Source: Amoeboradix gromovi X-113
Lineage: Eukaryota > Fungi > Sanchytriomycota
Reading direction: 5' to 3'
Length of the DNA: 17,042 bases
NCBI GenBank assembly: GCA_018985225.1
Contig: JADGIF010000149.1
Coordinates: 1-17,042, forward strand
Shown: positions 8,997 through 17,042 of the stretch, in pieces
How the letters are laid out: every line of letters starts with the position of its first letter
Numbering within the stretch: position 1 is the first letter of the stretch
The notes under the pieces: generated by a model
What the model was told of the DNA's origin: nothing
The model's input: the letters and a program-made list of their open reading frames with translations, nothing else
The model's database searches: none
Translations under genes and position numbers: made by a program

Positions 8997-9138
8997 ACCA
9001 CTTAAGGATTCGACATTTTAAATCTTCAACGCTGTAAATTAAATTTAATGATTAATCGACCTATTACCACTTTAATAAATCGCATCCAATCATTTAATTA
9101 GAAACTTGAATAACTTGATATCCGAAACAAACTCGAAA

Positions 9139-9459
9139 ATGACCCTGCAAGATATTTATGGATTTGGCTCATCAGCTCCTCACAATCAATCCGAAGCTTC
9201 AACAAAGAGACCTCGTCGTATCGTCACCACGAAGAGCACGTTGAAATTTACAGATTTGGAATCACCAGTTTTGCCGCGAGAAAAGCACAAGAGAGGAACT
9301 TACAGGACTCCATTGTCCCCTGAATTCTCTATGAGAACTCACTGCATTGGTGCTATATCACCGCCACCCGTACCAGAAACGAAAAATGTAAAAAAGTTGT
9401 TTAGTAAAATCCCAGGTGGTACAGGTGAGAATATGTATCAAGTCATGAACTGGCTGTAA
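9139..9459 (+). CDS. Hypothetical protein (basic, Ser/Pro-rich)
   Basis: Open frame from ATG 9139 with AATAAA after the stop, convergent with the SLC26 gene. No recognisable domain. Confidence 0.5.
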   Translation: MTLQDIYGFGSSAPHNQSEASTKRPRRIVTTKSTLKFTDLESPVLPREKHKRGTYRTPLSPEFSMRTHCIGAISPPPVPETKNVKKLFSKIPGGTGENMYQVMNWL

Positions 9460-9495
9460 TACGCTAATCAATAAACATAATAACTAAACTTTTGT

Positions 9496-10929
9496 TTATT
9501 GATATTGCAGAATACCATACTCTTTATTAATGTACCAATGTTTTGTGGCATATCCGGCCTTCCATAATATCACGCATACTCCACAAAATGCCAAGGTTAC
9601 TTGAACATTAAAAAAGAAGATACCAAAACATGGAACCCAGAAATACAGCGCTTGGATTATCGGGTGTTGCTCATATAGTCCTATCTCAGCAGACAAGCTG
9701 CTACTCTGAAGATCAATCATAGGAACCACCTCGTCTTCTTGTATTGTTTTTGGGTCATCTACTTCTAGTTCAATATCATCTACTACTTGGTGGTAATGTT
9801 TCCATGCGGCCTTTATCAGTGGCCATCCAACTGTGTGTAACTGTTTCAATAAACTCTTTGCTGCTAAAATAACAATAGCGGCCAATGTCGGCATGGGTAC
9901 GGGCTCAAATACCGACGCAATGCTAATCAATACTAATATAAGCAATACCGATAACACTACGTTAGATATTTGAGTCAGCGCACCAACTTCTTTTTGTAAT
10001 GCAGATCTTGTTAATGATCCAGTAGCTAAAAATCCTTGAAAAAAAGAGATAGCGATTGAAGACATTCCAGTCAAAAACATATCACGCGAAATTATAGTCG
10101 AAGGGGTATTGTACTGAGTTAGAACGGATAATGTTATGCTTGAAGATACTATAGCTATGGGAAGAGTTTCTAGGACTAAACTGGCCCAATTTATATTCTT
10201 AACATCATCATAACTCCAAGGAGGGATAAAATTAGGAAAGCCTTGAGGAATGGCACCGACAACGTGCACACCTTTGTTCTTAAAATCTAAAAAGTAAGAG
10301 ACTAGTGTAGCTAGTAAGCAAGCAACGAAAATGTCAGGCACCCATATTTTAGACAAACGAGGAACCGTTTTAAACCAAGAATTTAGTTTCTTAAGAAGGT
10401 AAATTGCAAGTAAGCTGCAAAGACCGACTAAGAATGTTAACAAGTGCGTATCCTGTAATTTTCTGAACATGTCGACGAATTTCAAAATTACAGTAAATTG
10501 ATCAGGTTTGATTAGGGAAATACCAAAGAAGTCGTCAATTTGAGCAGCCGCAATTAAGAAAGCGCAGCCAGTGGTAAATCCGGACATGAATGTTTTTGGG
10601 AAAAGCCAGACGCTGATCATGCTTGAGAAAGGAGATATGATTACTTGCATTAGACCGCCAATTAAAGAAGAAAGATAAATAGGGCGAACATTTCTCATTA
10701 ATATTTGTGTAACTGTAAAAGGACCAATGGTGCAGGTGGGGTTAGATGCAAAAAAAGCAAAAGGAAAAACTGCTAGACTAGAATATAATCCAACAACTGG
10801 CGAAAGGCCTGCCAAAATAGAATAAGCCATGGATTGCGGTATTAAAATTGTAAGCAGTGTGATTCCTGCAACAAAGTCCTTGAGAAGCCATTCGAACTTA
10901 TAAGGAACGTAAGTCACATTAAACCTCAT
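9496..10929 (-). CDS. SLC26/SulP sulfate/anion transporter
   Basis: DFVAGITLLTILIPQSMAYSILAGLSPVVGLYSS, GFTTG and TGSLTRSAL signature motifs. The first in-frame ATG is at 10929 (the track start is a TTG). Confidence 0.93.
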   Translation of the reverse strand: MRFNVTYVPYKFEWLLKDFVAGITLLTILIPQSMAYSILAGLSPVVGLYSSLAVFPFAFFASNPTCTIGPFTVTQILMRNVRPIYLSSLIGGLMQVIISPFSSMISVWLFPKTFMSGFTTGCAFLIAAAQIDDFFGISLIKPDQFTVILKFVDMFRKLQDTHLLTFLVGLCSLLAIYLLKKLNSWFKTVPRLSKIWVPDIFVACLLATLVSYFLDFKNKGVHVVGAIPQGFPNFIPPWSYDDVKNINWASLVLETLPIAIVSSSITLSVLTQYNTPSTIISRDMFLTGMSSIAISFFQGFLATGSLTRSALQKEVGALTQISNVVLSVLLILVLISIASVFEPVPMPTLAAIVILAAKSLLKQLHTVGWPLIKAAWKHYHQVVDDIELEVDDPKTIQEDEVVPMIDLQSSSLSAEIGLYEQHPIIQALYFWVPCFGIFFFNVQVTLAFCGVCVILWKAGYATKHWYINKEYGILQYQ

Positions 10930-11004
10930 AAAATCAGATATAACTTCGTTTGATGGAGAATTAAACAATGCAGAACCAAATTTCAGATAATTTGCATTTA
11001 TTTA

Positions 11005-11322
11005 TTACTTTCCACTTTTCTGGCTATTTCTGTATTCGTAGATTCGTCCAAGTTGGTATAAACCAGTTGCAGCAACAAACAAATTAACTGTCAGCAGACT
11101 GTAGTTTTTAGGTATTATAACCATAGAGTATCTCGACCAAGTGATACCAGTGGCTGCTAATGAGAAAGACTGACCTGCACTCAACTTTTCAGCAGGTCTT
11201 TTAAGATCACCAATTCCAGCAATCACAAGTCCCCATTTGAACAGTGGTGCCCAAAAAAATACAGTTTTGGGTCCTGCAGGATGGTTTAAGAATCCCGAAA
11301 GCCTGGATGACACAGTTGACAT
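11005..11322 (-). CDS. MPC2: Mitochondrial pyruvate carrier subunit 2
   Basis: HPAGPKTVFFWAPLFKWGLVIAGIGDLKRPAEKLS and WSRYSMVIIPKNYSLLTVN. ATG at 11322. Confidence 0.95.
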   Translation of the reverse strand: MSTVSSRLSGFLNHPAGPKTVFFWAPLFKWGLVIAGIGDLKRPAEKLSAGQSFSLAATGITWSRYSMVIIPKNYSLLTVNLFVAATGLYQLGRIYEYRNSQKSGK

Positions 11323-11421
11323 TTGTAAGAACAATTATTACAATTATTATGAAGATCACATCTCTGATTGAAAAAGTAATGATCTTGCGAAAACACTCAA
11401 GAAAGCATAAAACATTTATGT

Positions 11422-12255
11422 TTAATACAAATTTTTGTTTTTTATTTTCCAATTTTTCAAGCTTGAGGTTAGGTTTTGATTTAAAGAGTTGATTTTATCG
11501 GTGCAATTCAGTTTTATTGCAATAAAGTGCTCCATCTGTATTTTAATTACAGCTTGTGCCATAACATATTGATTCAGTAAATTTTTCCTCCAAGAATCGT
11601 GTCGAACGCATCCTTGCACCGTGCAGATGTTACCTGATGTCTGAACTTCAATTGCTTTTTTGGTTGTAATTGCCTCGATATATTCTATGGAAAACCCGCA
11701 CAAGAGATCACTTTCACCGCCCGCAAACGGCCAATTTTGTAGCTGAGTATTGTAATACTCAAACAACTGCTTTAGTTTGCTATAGCTTGATTCAGCTTGA
11801 TTCGCTTCTTTACTTAATTCCGACACCATTTGAGAATCAACAGAGGAAAGTTTATATCGTTTAGGCATTGATTCTAATTCCAAGTCTAGTGGTTTAATTA
11901 TGAACTCTTTGATATATTGTTTAGTGCACTCAAAGCTGCAATACTTTGATTGAAATTCTCCAAAAGACTGGAATGCGCTTTTGTTGCAATTTGTATTCGC
12001 GCATGGAAATGCGTTTTTACAAAAAGAGCATGTAAAATCCTCTTCATTGTTTAGCCTAAGTTTGCATATATCAACGCAAGCATCATGATACCAGTTCGAA
12101 CAAGTGACACAGTAATAGTACTGTTTATCGTCATTTGGCTTGTCGCAAACACAAAATCTAGAACGGTAATCATCTAAGCCAGGAATTTCAGGACCAAAAA
12201 CCTCGCTATTCTCAAATTGACCATCGCAGTCAAGGTTTTGTAGTTGCTCTAGCAT
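11422..12255 (-). CDS. SPP1: PHD-finger COMPASS subunit, Spp1/CFP1-like
   Basis: PHD finger FCVC...CVTCSNWYHDACV...CSFC, then CxxxxC...SKYCSFEC, LCGF and C-terminal CxxxxCVRHDSW, as in Spp1/CXXC1. Confidence 0.8.
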   Translation of the reverse strand: MLEQLQNLDCDGQFENSEVFGPEIPGLDDYRSRFCVCDKPNDDKQYYYCVTCSNWYHDACVDICKLRLNNEEDFTCSFCKNAFPCANTNCNKSAFQSFGEFQSKYCSFECTKQYIKEFIIKPLDLELESMPKRYKLSSVDSQMVSELSKEANQAESSYSKLKQLFEYYNTQLQNWPFAGGESDLLCGFSIEYIEAITTKKAIEVQTSGNICTVQGCVRHDSWRKNLLNQYVMAQAVIKIQMEHFIAIKLNCTDKINSLNQNLTSSLKNWKIKNKNLY

Positions 12256-12314
12256 TATTAAATGGAAAGCGTTTTATAAAATCTCCTAAGTTCATTTTGC
12301 ATCAAGATAAGAAT

Positions 12315-12356
12315 GGGACACCAATTATAAAAACTAGACTAACTCGTTTTTAAAGG
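12315..12356 (+). repeat. TIR-family copy F
   Basis: GGGACACCAATTATAAAAACTAGACTAACTCGTTTTTAAAGG. Shares the inner extension TCGTTTTTAAAGG with the 1802 copy and abuts the chitinase 3' truncation. Confidence 0.8.
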
Positions 12357-13182
12357 TGTTCCCAAAACATCATTCCTCCCAAATCCAAAGCTTCTACGTA
12401 ATCTATTTTATATCTTACTGATTCGCTATCTTCGTATGTGACGAACATTCCCTTGGCGTTGTAGATATATGGTGCCTTGCTGACTGCATCAAAATACCTC
12501 ACATTGCTAGTGTCGGCAAGATCTGTTAAAATCTGATTATAAGTGACCCATCCATCACAGTTTCCGCTAACGCAATTCAATTTCCTAAAAAGACCATGTT
12601 GTTTTGTATCCGAGGCCAGAACAGGATAAGAATGGCCATAAAGTGGAATTCCAATAACGATCTGACTCTTTTGAACACCATTTTTAATGAGAAATTTGAC
12701 AGTGGAGTCTATAGAGAAATCAGCATTGGATCAGCTGAGTTGCGGTATAAAGGAGCATGGTGAGTAGCATACCCGTTACCAATGCTAACATCATAACTCA
12801 TAACATTGAAGAAAGTCATGTGCTGTGCAACCTGGCTAAGCTTATAATTAACAAGAGTAGAAGGAGCTACTGGAATTGCAGTGGTCAACTGATACTTGGA
12901 TCCGTTGGGTAGAGTGTTTAGTTTACTCCGCAAATCTCTCATCAATCCAACATACATAGTTCCTTCGTAATCATTTGCTAGATATTCCCAGTCTATATCA
13001 ATTCCATCCAATCCATATTGTACTATCAAATCTGCAACACTGTTGATGAAAGTAGTTCGCTTTCCTGAATCACCGATAACTGGAGCAAATAGTGAACCCC
13101 ATGAGTAGCCACCAACACTTAGCAAGACTCTTAGATGAGGATATTCTTTGCGTAGTTGGAATAATTACTTCACAGAACCTGG
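12350..13182 (-). pseudogene. GH18 chitinase fragment
   Basis: GSVK*LFQLRKEYPHLRVLLSVGG, DGIDIDWEY, NVMSYD, IVIGIPLYG and LGGMMFWE. In-frame TAA at 13167-13165 and a frameshift near 12725. The N-terminus is absent and the C-terminus is cut at the TIR. Confidence 0.92.
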
Positions 13183-13305
13183 GTTAAAAGTCCTCATTTC
13201 TGAGAAAATTCAGAATTTCCAGAGAAACCAGTAATGCCAGTGCTCCTCTACAGCGATAGCTCACGCTTTCGCTACTCTGAGGTAGAGAACTCTAACGTGG
13301 AATTG
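13183..13305 (-). ncRNA. Candidate omegaRNA scaffold (copy 2)
   Basis: Hairpin AGCGA-a-AGC-GUGA-GCU-a-UCGCU (13273-13252) with a GNRA tetraloop; homologous to 2105-2216. Confidence 0.7.
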
Positions 13306-13309
13306 AATA

Positions 13310-13432
13310 TGGATGTATATACTTATGTATACGGTCTCTGTCTATCTCCAAATGACAACTTGTACAAATGCAGCTTTCTCAGTTGGTCTTATTTAGAGCA
13401 GCACACCCTGTACATGTCTGACTAGTAAATGC
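13310..13432 (-). pseudogene. Fanzor2 zinc-ribbon/RuvC-III remnant
   Basis: AFTSQTCTGCAALNKTN*ESCICTSCHLEIDRD, followed by a deletion of the AARNI segment. Confidence 0.85.
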
Positions 13433-14077
13433 TCCTATTTAAGCTATTTGAAAAATCTGGATAATTCACATTACGATATAAAAATGCATTTTAATTCTCG
13501 ATAAATAATTTATTCAATAAAATGATGAGGCTGTACAATCTGTAGTTTCTAAAAACGATCTTGTTAAATAGCGTCCTGCCATATTTAGATTTTGAATTGC
13601 TAAAATTAATTCTTGTCCAATATTTATTCTAAGCAATTTCTCTTTCATCCTTGATGTCTGCCACTACCTCAAATTTCTTCATTATTCACTATAAATGTGC
13701 TAGCATTGCATGGATCATATGGGACACGCTCTATGAAAGCTAGACTAGGAGAAAATCTTGATATTCTTTAAATTCAATTTAAAGTTTTTTATGGGGTTTA
13801 CATTACAATAACTAGACTAGGGCTGCTTGACTTGGTTTACACTGTGAAAGCTAGAACGAGGATCGTTTGAACTGTTTACATTATAAAAAGTAGGTGATAT
13901 TTGATTCTAACGAATTTAGGTTATCATTTTTAGTTGAGTAAAAATTACAAGTTTTATGTTCGAAAAATATTGACCAAACCCATGTCTCTTGGTGATAAGA
14001 CCTAGAAAAAATAAAGCGGAATTGCGCTAGTTTGGGAGATTTAAACGACCTTCTGATGACTTGATTCAATTTACTTT

Positions 14078-15525
14078 TCAGAACTCTGGTTTTTTTTTGA
14101 TTTCGCGATGGGCTTTCATAATCTTGTACCACAAATAACTAATTGGGACATATACAATGCATTTCCAAATAAATAAGATCAACGGTGCGCTATCATACAC
14201 CACCCACAAGAATAACCAGAGAACAACATTAATGGCGCCCAAAAAAAGTTGGGCAACAAACAATGTTTTGCATTCTTTATTCTTCAAGTAGCTGACAAAT
14301 AAGATAAAGTCAAAGCAAAAGGATTCCCATCCTGGAGGATATAAAACACTAACGAGACACTCTACTGCGATCTGAAGAATAAAAAAACAGACAATTGCAT
14401 CACATTTTCTTGGCTTTGTCATGTTATACTTTGGTTTCGCAATCTTTGGATCTGGCACTGGTTCAACTACAATCGGTTGTTTGATTTCTACCATTTTGGC
14501 ATCATTTTAGATGGTTCTAAAGCTCTGAGACGTGCGGGTGACTTGATTGATTCGTCTCTTACACTATCAATTTTTAATTCCGGTTTGACTGGACTAGATG
14601 GTCTACTAATTGGGCTTACATCTAACTTGAAATAATCACCAAGATATTCTAGCGCTATCTTCATAGACCATCGTTCCACAGCTTTATGTTTCCAGCAATT
14701 CTTCATAGCATTCATGATTTCCATTCGAATATTTTCATGAATATCTGTTTGAAATGGTCTGTATTCCGCAAGTACTGCTGTTTTTATCTTTTCTTTTTCA
14801 CATACTTCCCATGGAAGTTGTCTAGTGTAAATTTCTCAAAGTACAATTGCAAAACTATAAGAGTCTCCATCTAAAGGAAAACTTTTTCGTGCTTTCATAT
14901 TTTCTGGAGTGGCGCTCCAGTATTCTGGTGCCTTACAATTTGGAGTTCCTACAGCAGAAAGAGTTCCAATAGACGTAGAGGAAGCGTTTAAAATTTTCAC
15001 CATACCCAAGTTAATCAGATTTACCCAAATCAATTATTTTTGGTGTCCATAGGTGATCCAACATAATATTTTCACTTTTGATGTCATTGTGAGTCATTTC
15101 GTTTCTATGCATGTATTCGAGTCCTCTCGCGATTCCTAGTATAATCTTTGGTTTTCTGGATTCAATTTCTTTAAAATCCTCATCTATATACAACCAGTGG
15201 TGCAAACTCATGTTACTAATGTATTCTGTTACTATACCCAGATATCCATCTATAGAAATAGCTCCAAAGAACCGAATAATATTCGGGCATTTTTGAAGTT
15301 TTTCATAGGCTTTGAGTTCTTTCATCACCTTTTTAGATACTTCTGAAGAGTCCGATTTTAAAGTATTGTTGCGAATGTCTTGAAAAGGGACTTCTCTTAG
15401 TTTCTTGACTGCAACCTGTACTCCCCCCATTCTCCCAGTAAAACGATACCAAAACTTCCCTTGCCTAATACCTGTGTGGAAAATACATGGATCATTCGGC
15501 GTCTCAAGACAAGTTATTTTGCCAT
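14078..15525 (-). pseudogene. TKL-like protein kinase with C-terminal membrane domain, disrupted
   Basis: VLGKGSFGIV (different frame from the track ORF), VAVK, HNDIKSENI, DLG, GTPNCKAPE, YSFAIVL*EI and CW...R. Frameshifts near 15425, 14805 and 14492 link ORFs 15011-15565, 14836-15033, 14488-14724 and the hydrophobic ORF 14078-14494. Confidence 0.85.
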
Positions 15526-15563
15526 GAGTTAAAATAATTTTGCTGTGATTTTTAACAAAACTC

Positions 15564-16481
15564 ATGGAGGGGCAGGACTGGAAAGTAGGTCTTTTTCATA
15601 GCATCGAAGATAGTGCTGTTCTTAACGGATTAACTTCATTAAGAGATAGAATGGACACAATGGACAAAAAAATGGACACTAATCATGACTCGATCACAAA
15701 AACATTACAAAGTTTAAATAGTCTCATGCATAAGATAAATAACTCGGTCGATGACTTAGCAAAAGACCTTGGTAACATTAACAGATCATTAGGACATTTA
15801 AATGAGAGCCAATTGAGAAAATCAATTGAAAGTAAATTTGGAAAATCCTTTTCAAAGTCATGGACTGCTTATACTGTAGGAGATATTACTCAACTCATTG
15901 CAAGAGGAGTCGTAAATGATCCACAGCGAGACCATTTTAAAACAAAAAAGAAGCTTCAGAGGCAAGCGATATTAAATTTAAAAGCAGAATTAGGTAAAGT
16001 CGCTGAAGACATGACTATCAATGAATCAAAGAGACAGGATGCTAGATATTTATTAAGTAGTTTGGAGCAAGACGACCCAGAAGACCAAATTGAATCTTTA
16101 TTGGCTGTTATATTATTGACTGATATGTCAATGTATAACAAGTATAAATCAAAAGGCCTAAATGGGCTAGGTCTCCAGTTTGATCATCGTGGCAGTATAA
16201 TGAAAGAGAATTTGAATTTTCAAGTTTCTTGTGGAGAATCAAAATTGAAGAATTATGAAGGGGATGAAGTTAAAATTGCTTCTGGAGGGCCTAAGCAAGT
16301 GAGGTTTAGGCTCAAAATAATTGAGAAAGTCATTAAGTTGTGCTATTTATCAGACGTGCCTAATGCAATGAAACCTGAGATTACCTTGAAAGGATATGTA
16401 TTCACAAATGGCGAATTAGGATATACACGTTCACTGGATGATAATACTGCTCCACAAGTTTATTATATGGATTTAAATTAG
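15564..16481 (+). CDS. Coiled-coil plus putative PD-(D/E)XK nuclease-fold protein
   Basis: Intact 305-aa ORF with N-terminal heptads, then GHLNE, LQFDHRG, CGESK and KQVRFRL in the order expected of REase-fold motifs. Confidence 0.55.
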   Translation: MEGQDWKVGLFHSIEDSAVLNGLTSLRDRMDTMDKKMDTNHDSITKTLQSLNSLMHKINNSVDDLAKDLGNINRSLGHLNESQLRKSIESKFGKSFSKSWTAYTVGDITQLIARGVVNDPQRDHFKTKKKLQRQAILNLKAELGKVAEDMTINESKRQDARYLLSSLEQDDPEDQIESLLAVILLTDMSMYNKYKSKGLNGLGLQFDHRGSIMKENLNFQVSCGESKLKNYEGDEVKIASGGPKQVRFRLKIIEKVIKLCYLSDVPNAMKPEITLKGYVFTNGELGYTRSLDDNTAPQVYYMDLN

Positions 16482-16761
16482 TAAATTTTTTATCTTGATC
16501 TGTTACTCTGCACAAGAAAACTCTTATCTATCAAATCAAAAACATCAATGGCTATTATATTCTAATTACCATAATACCTTAAAAAAAGGAATAAAGTTAT
16601 ACATGGTGGTCGTATCATCTTGAACTGGGATTTTGAGAAAGGGATTGACTCAGAGTTTTAGAAAATACACTTTTTGTAATTTTATGGAATATCGATTTAC
16701 TCTACTTATTGTATTTGGTGTCCCATGTGTATAATTTCAAATTATTGATATTTAGACAAAT

Positions 16762-16791
16762 GGGACATGCTCTATTAAAACTAGACAAGAC
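16762..16791 (+). repeat. TIR-family copy J (partner probably right of the window)
   Basis: GGGACATGCTCTATTAAAACTAGACAAG is nearly the same subtype as the 13721 copy. Confidence 0.7.
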
Positions 16792-17042
16792 AGAATGTAT
16801 CCAAATTTCAAAAATAAACAGTCTGTATAGCTATTCTTTTGCGCTTTCATCCAGTCTTTATTTTAGATTTGTAGAAAGACTATTGACTTATGATTTCAAA
16901 TAAAATTCAATCAGAGTTGAAAGTAGAGGATTGTCACTTACAAAACATGAAAAGAAAGCGCAATTCCGCTGATGAAGAGAGCAGACCACCCTCAAAACGA
17001 GAGGCACGATCCAAGTGCAATTATACCTATCAAACCAGCATT

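Larger units (their letters stand above)
13183..13541 (-). mobile_element. 359-bp IS607-like Fanzor2 mini-element (copy 2)
   Basis: Left end (13541-13436) is homologous to 2704-2599 and is joined directly to the Fanzor2 zinc ribbon and the conserved 3' segment ending GGACTTTTAAC. Confidence 0.85.
13721..16724. mobile_element. Putative 3.0-kb cargo-carrying TIR element
   Basis: GGGACACGCTCTATGAAAGCTAGACTAGG at 13721 (+), with subterminal repeats near 13793 and 13832, and GGGACACCAAATACAATAAGTAGAGTAAAT at 16724 (-). Flanks are ATAT/ATGT (one mismatch). The 12315 copy is an alternative left end. Confidence 0.45.

Noticed and set aside
7536-13167. TAA/TAG recoded to Gln (stops sit at Gln-like positions in the chitinase, 13167-13165, and the CRN remnant, 7536-7538)
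   Set aside because: Intact genes such as MPC2 and the syntaxin end at TAA/TAG at the expected lengths and have no internal TAR codons. The affected genes also have frameshifts, so C-to-T decay is the simpler explanation.
5774-16141. Short ORFs overlapping real genes (e.g. 5774-6055, 5805-5987, 6301-6549, 11207-11452, 11244-11492, 11670-11864, 15111-15296, 15956-16141)
   Set aside because: They are alternative-frame or antisense to well-supported genes, often with non-ATG starts.
172-16791. The repeated motif as a CRISPR array or integron-like att sites
   Set aside because: Copies are dispersed, in both orientations and irregularly spaced. One inverted pair has a TSD and an empty-site context, which fits TIRs.
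16947-17042. ORF start MKRKRNSADEESRPPSKR running off the window
   Set aside because: Too short and truncated to call.

Overview
AT-rich, gene-dense eukaryotic DNA, probably from an early-diverging fungus or fungus-like protist (inferred from the chitinase, Crinkler-type remnants and a 22-nt intron). Intact housekeeping genes are a bHLH factor, a Tlg2/syntaxin-16, a divergent RBBP4/Hat2-like WD40 protein, an SLC26 transporter, MPC2 and an SPP1-like PHD protein. They are interleaved with decayed mobile DNA that the ORF track misses. (1) Three deleted copies of an IS607-like element carrying a Fanzor2/TnpB RNA-guided nuclease remnant lie at 2105-2704 (-), about 3715-5794 (+) and 13183-13541 (-). 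Each keeps the zinc-ribbon/RuvC-III end of the gene and a conserved, structured ~110-120 nt 3' segment (candidate omegaRNA) followed by a different flank (candidate guide). Copy 1 also keeps the N-terminal HTH of a serine-recombinase TnpA. (2) A family of ~30-bp terminal inverted repeats (consensus GGGACACCAAATATAAAAACTAGACTAA) occurs about ten times. One pair (3954-5590, ATGT duplication) splits a Fanzor2 gene inside its CxxC motif and carries an intact aspartic-protease-like ORF. Other copies bracket a chitinase fragment, a kinase pseudogene and a nuclease-like ORF. A possible Fanzor1-type remnant lies at about 517-810 (-). All alignments and translations were done by hand; no database searches were run.
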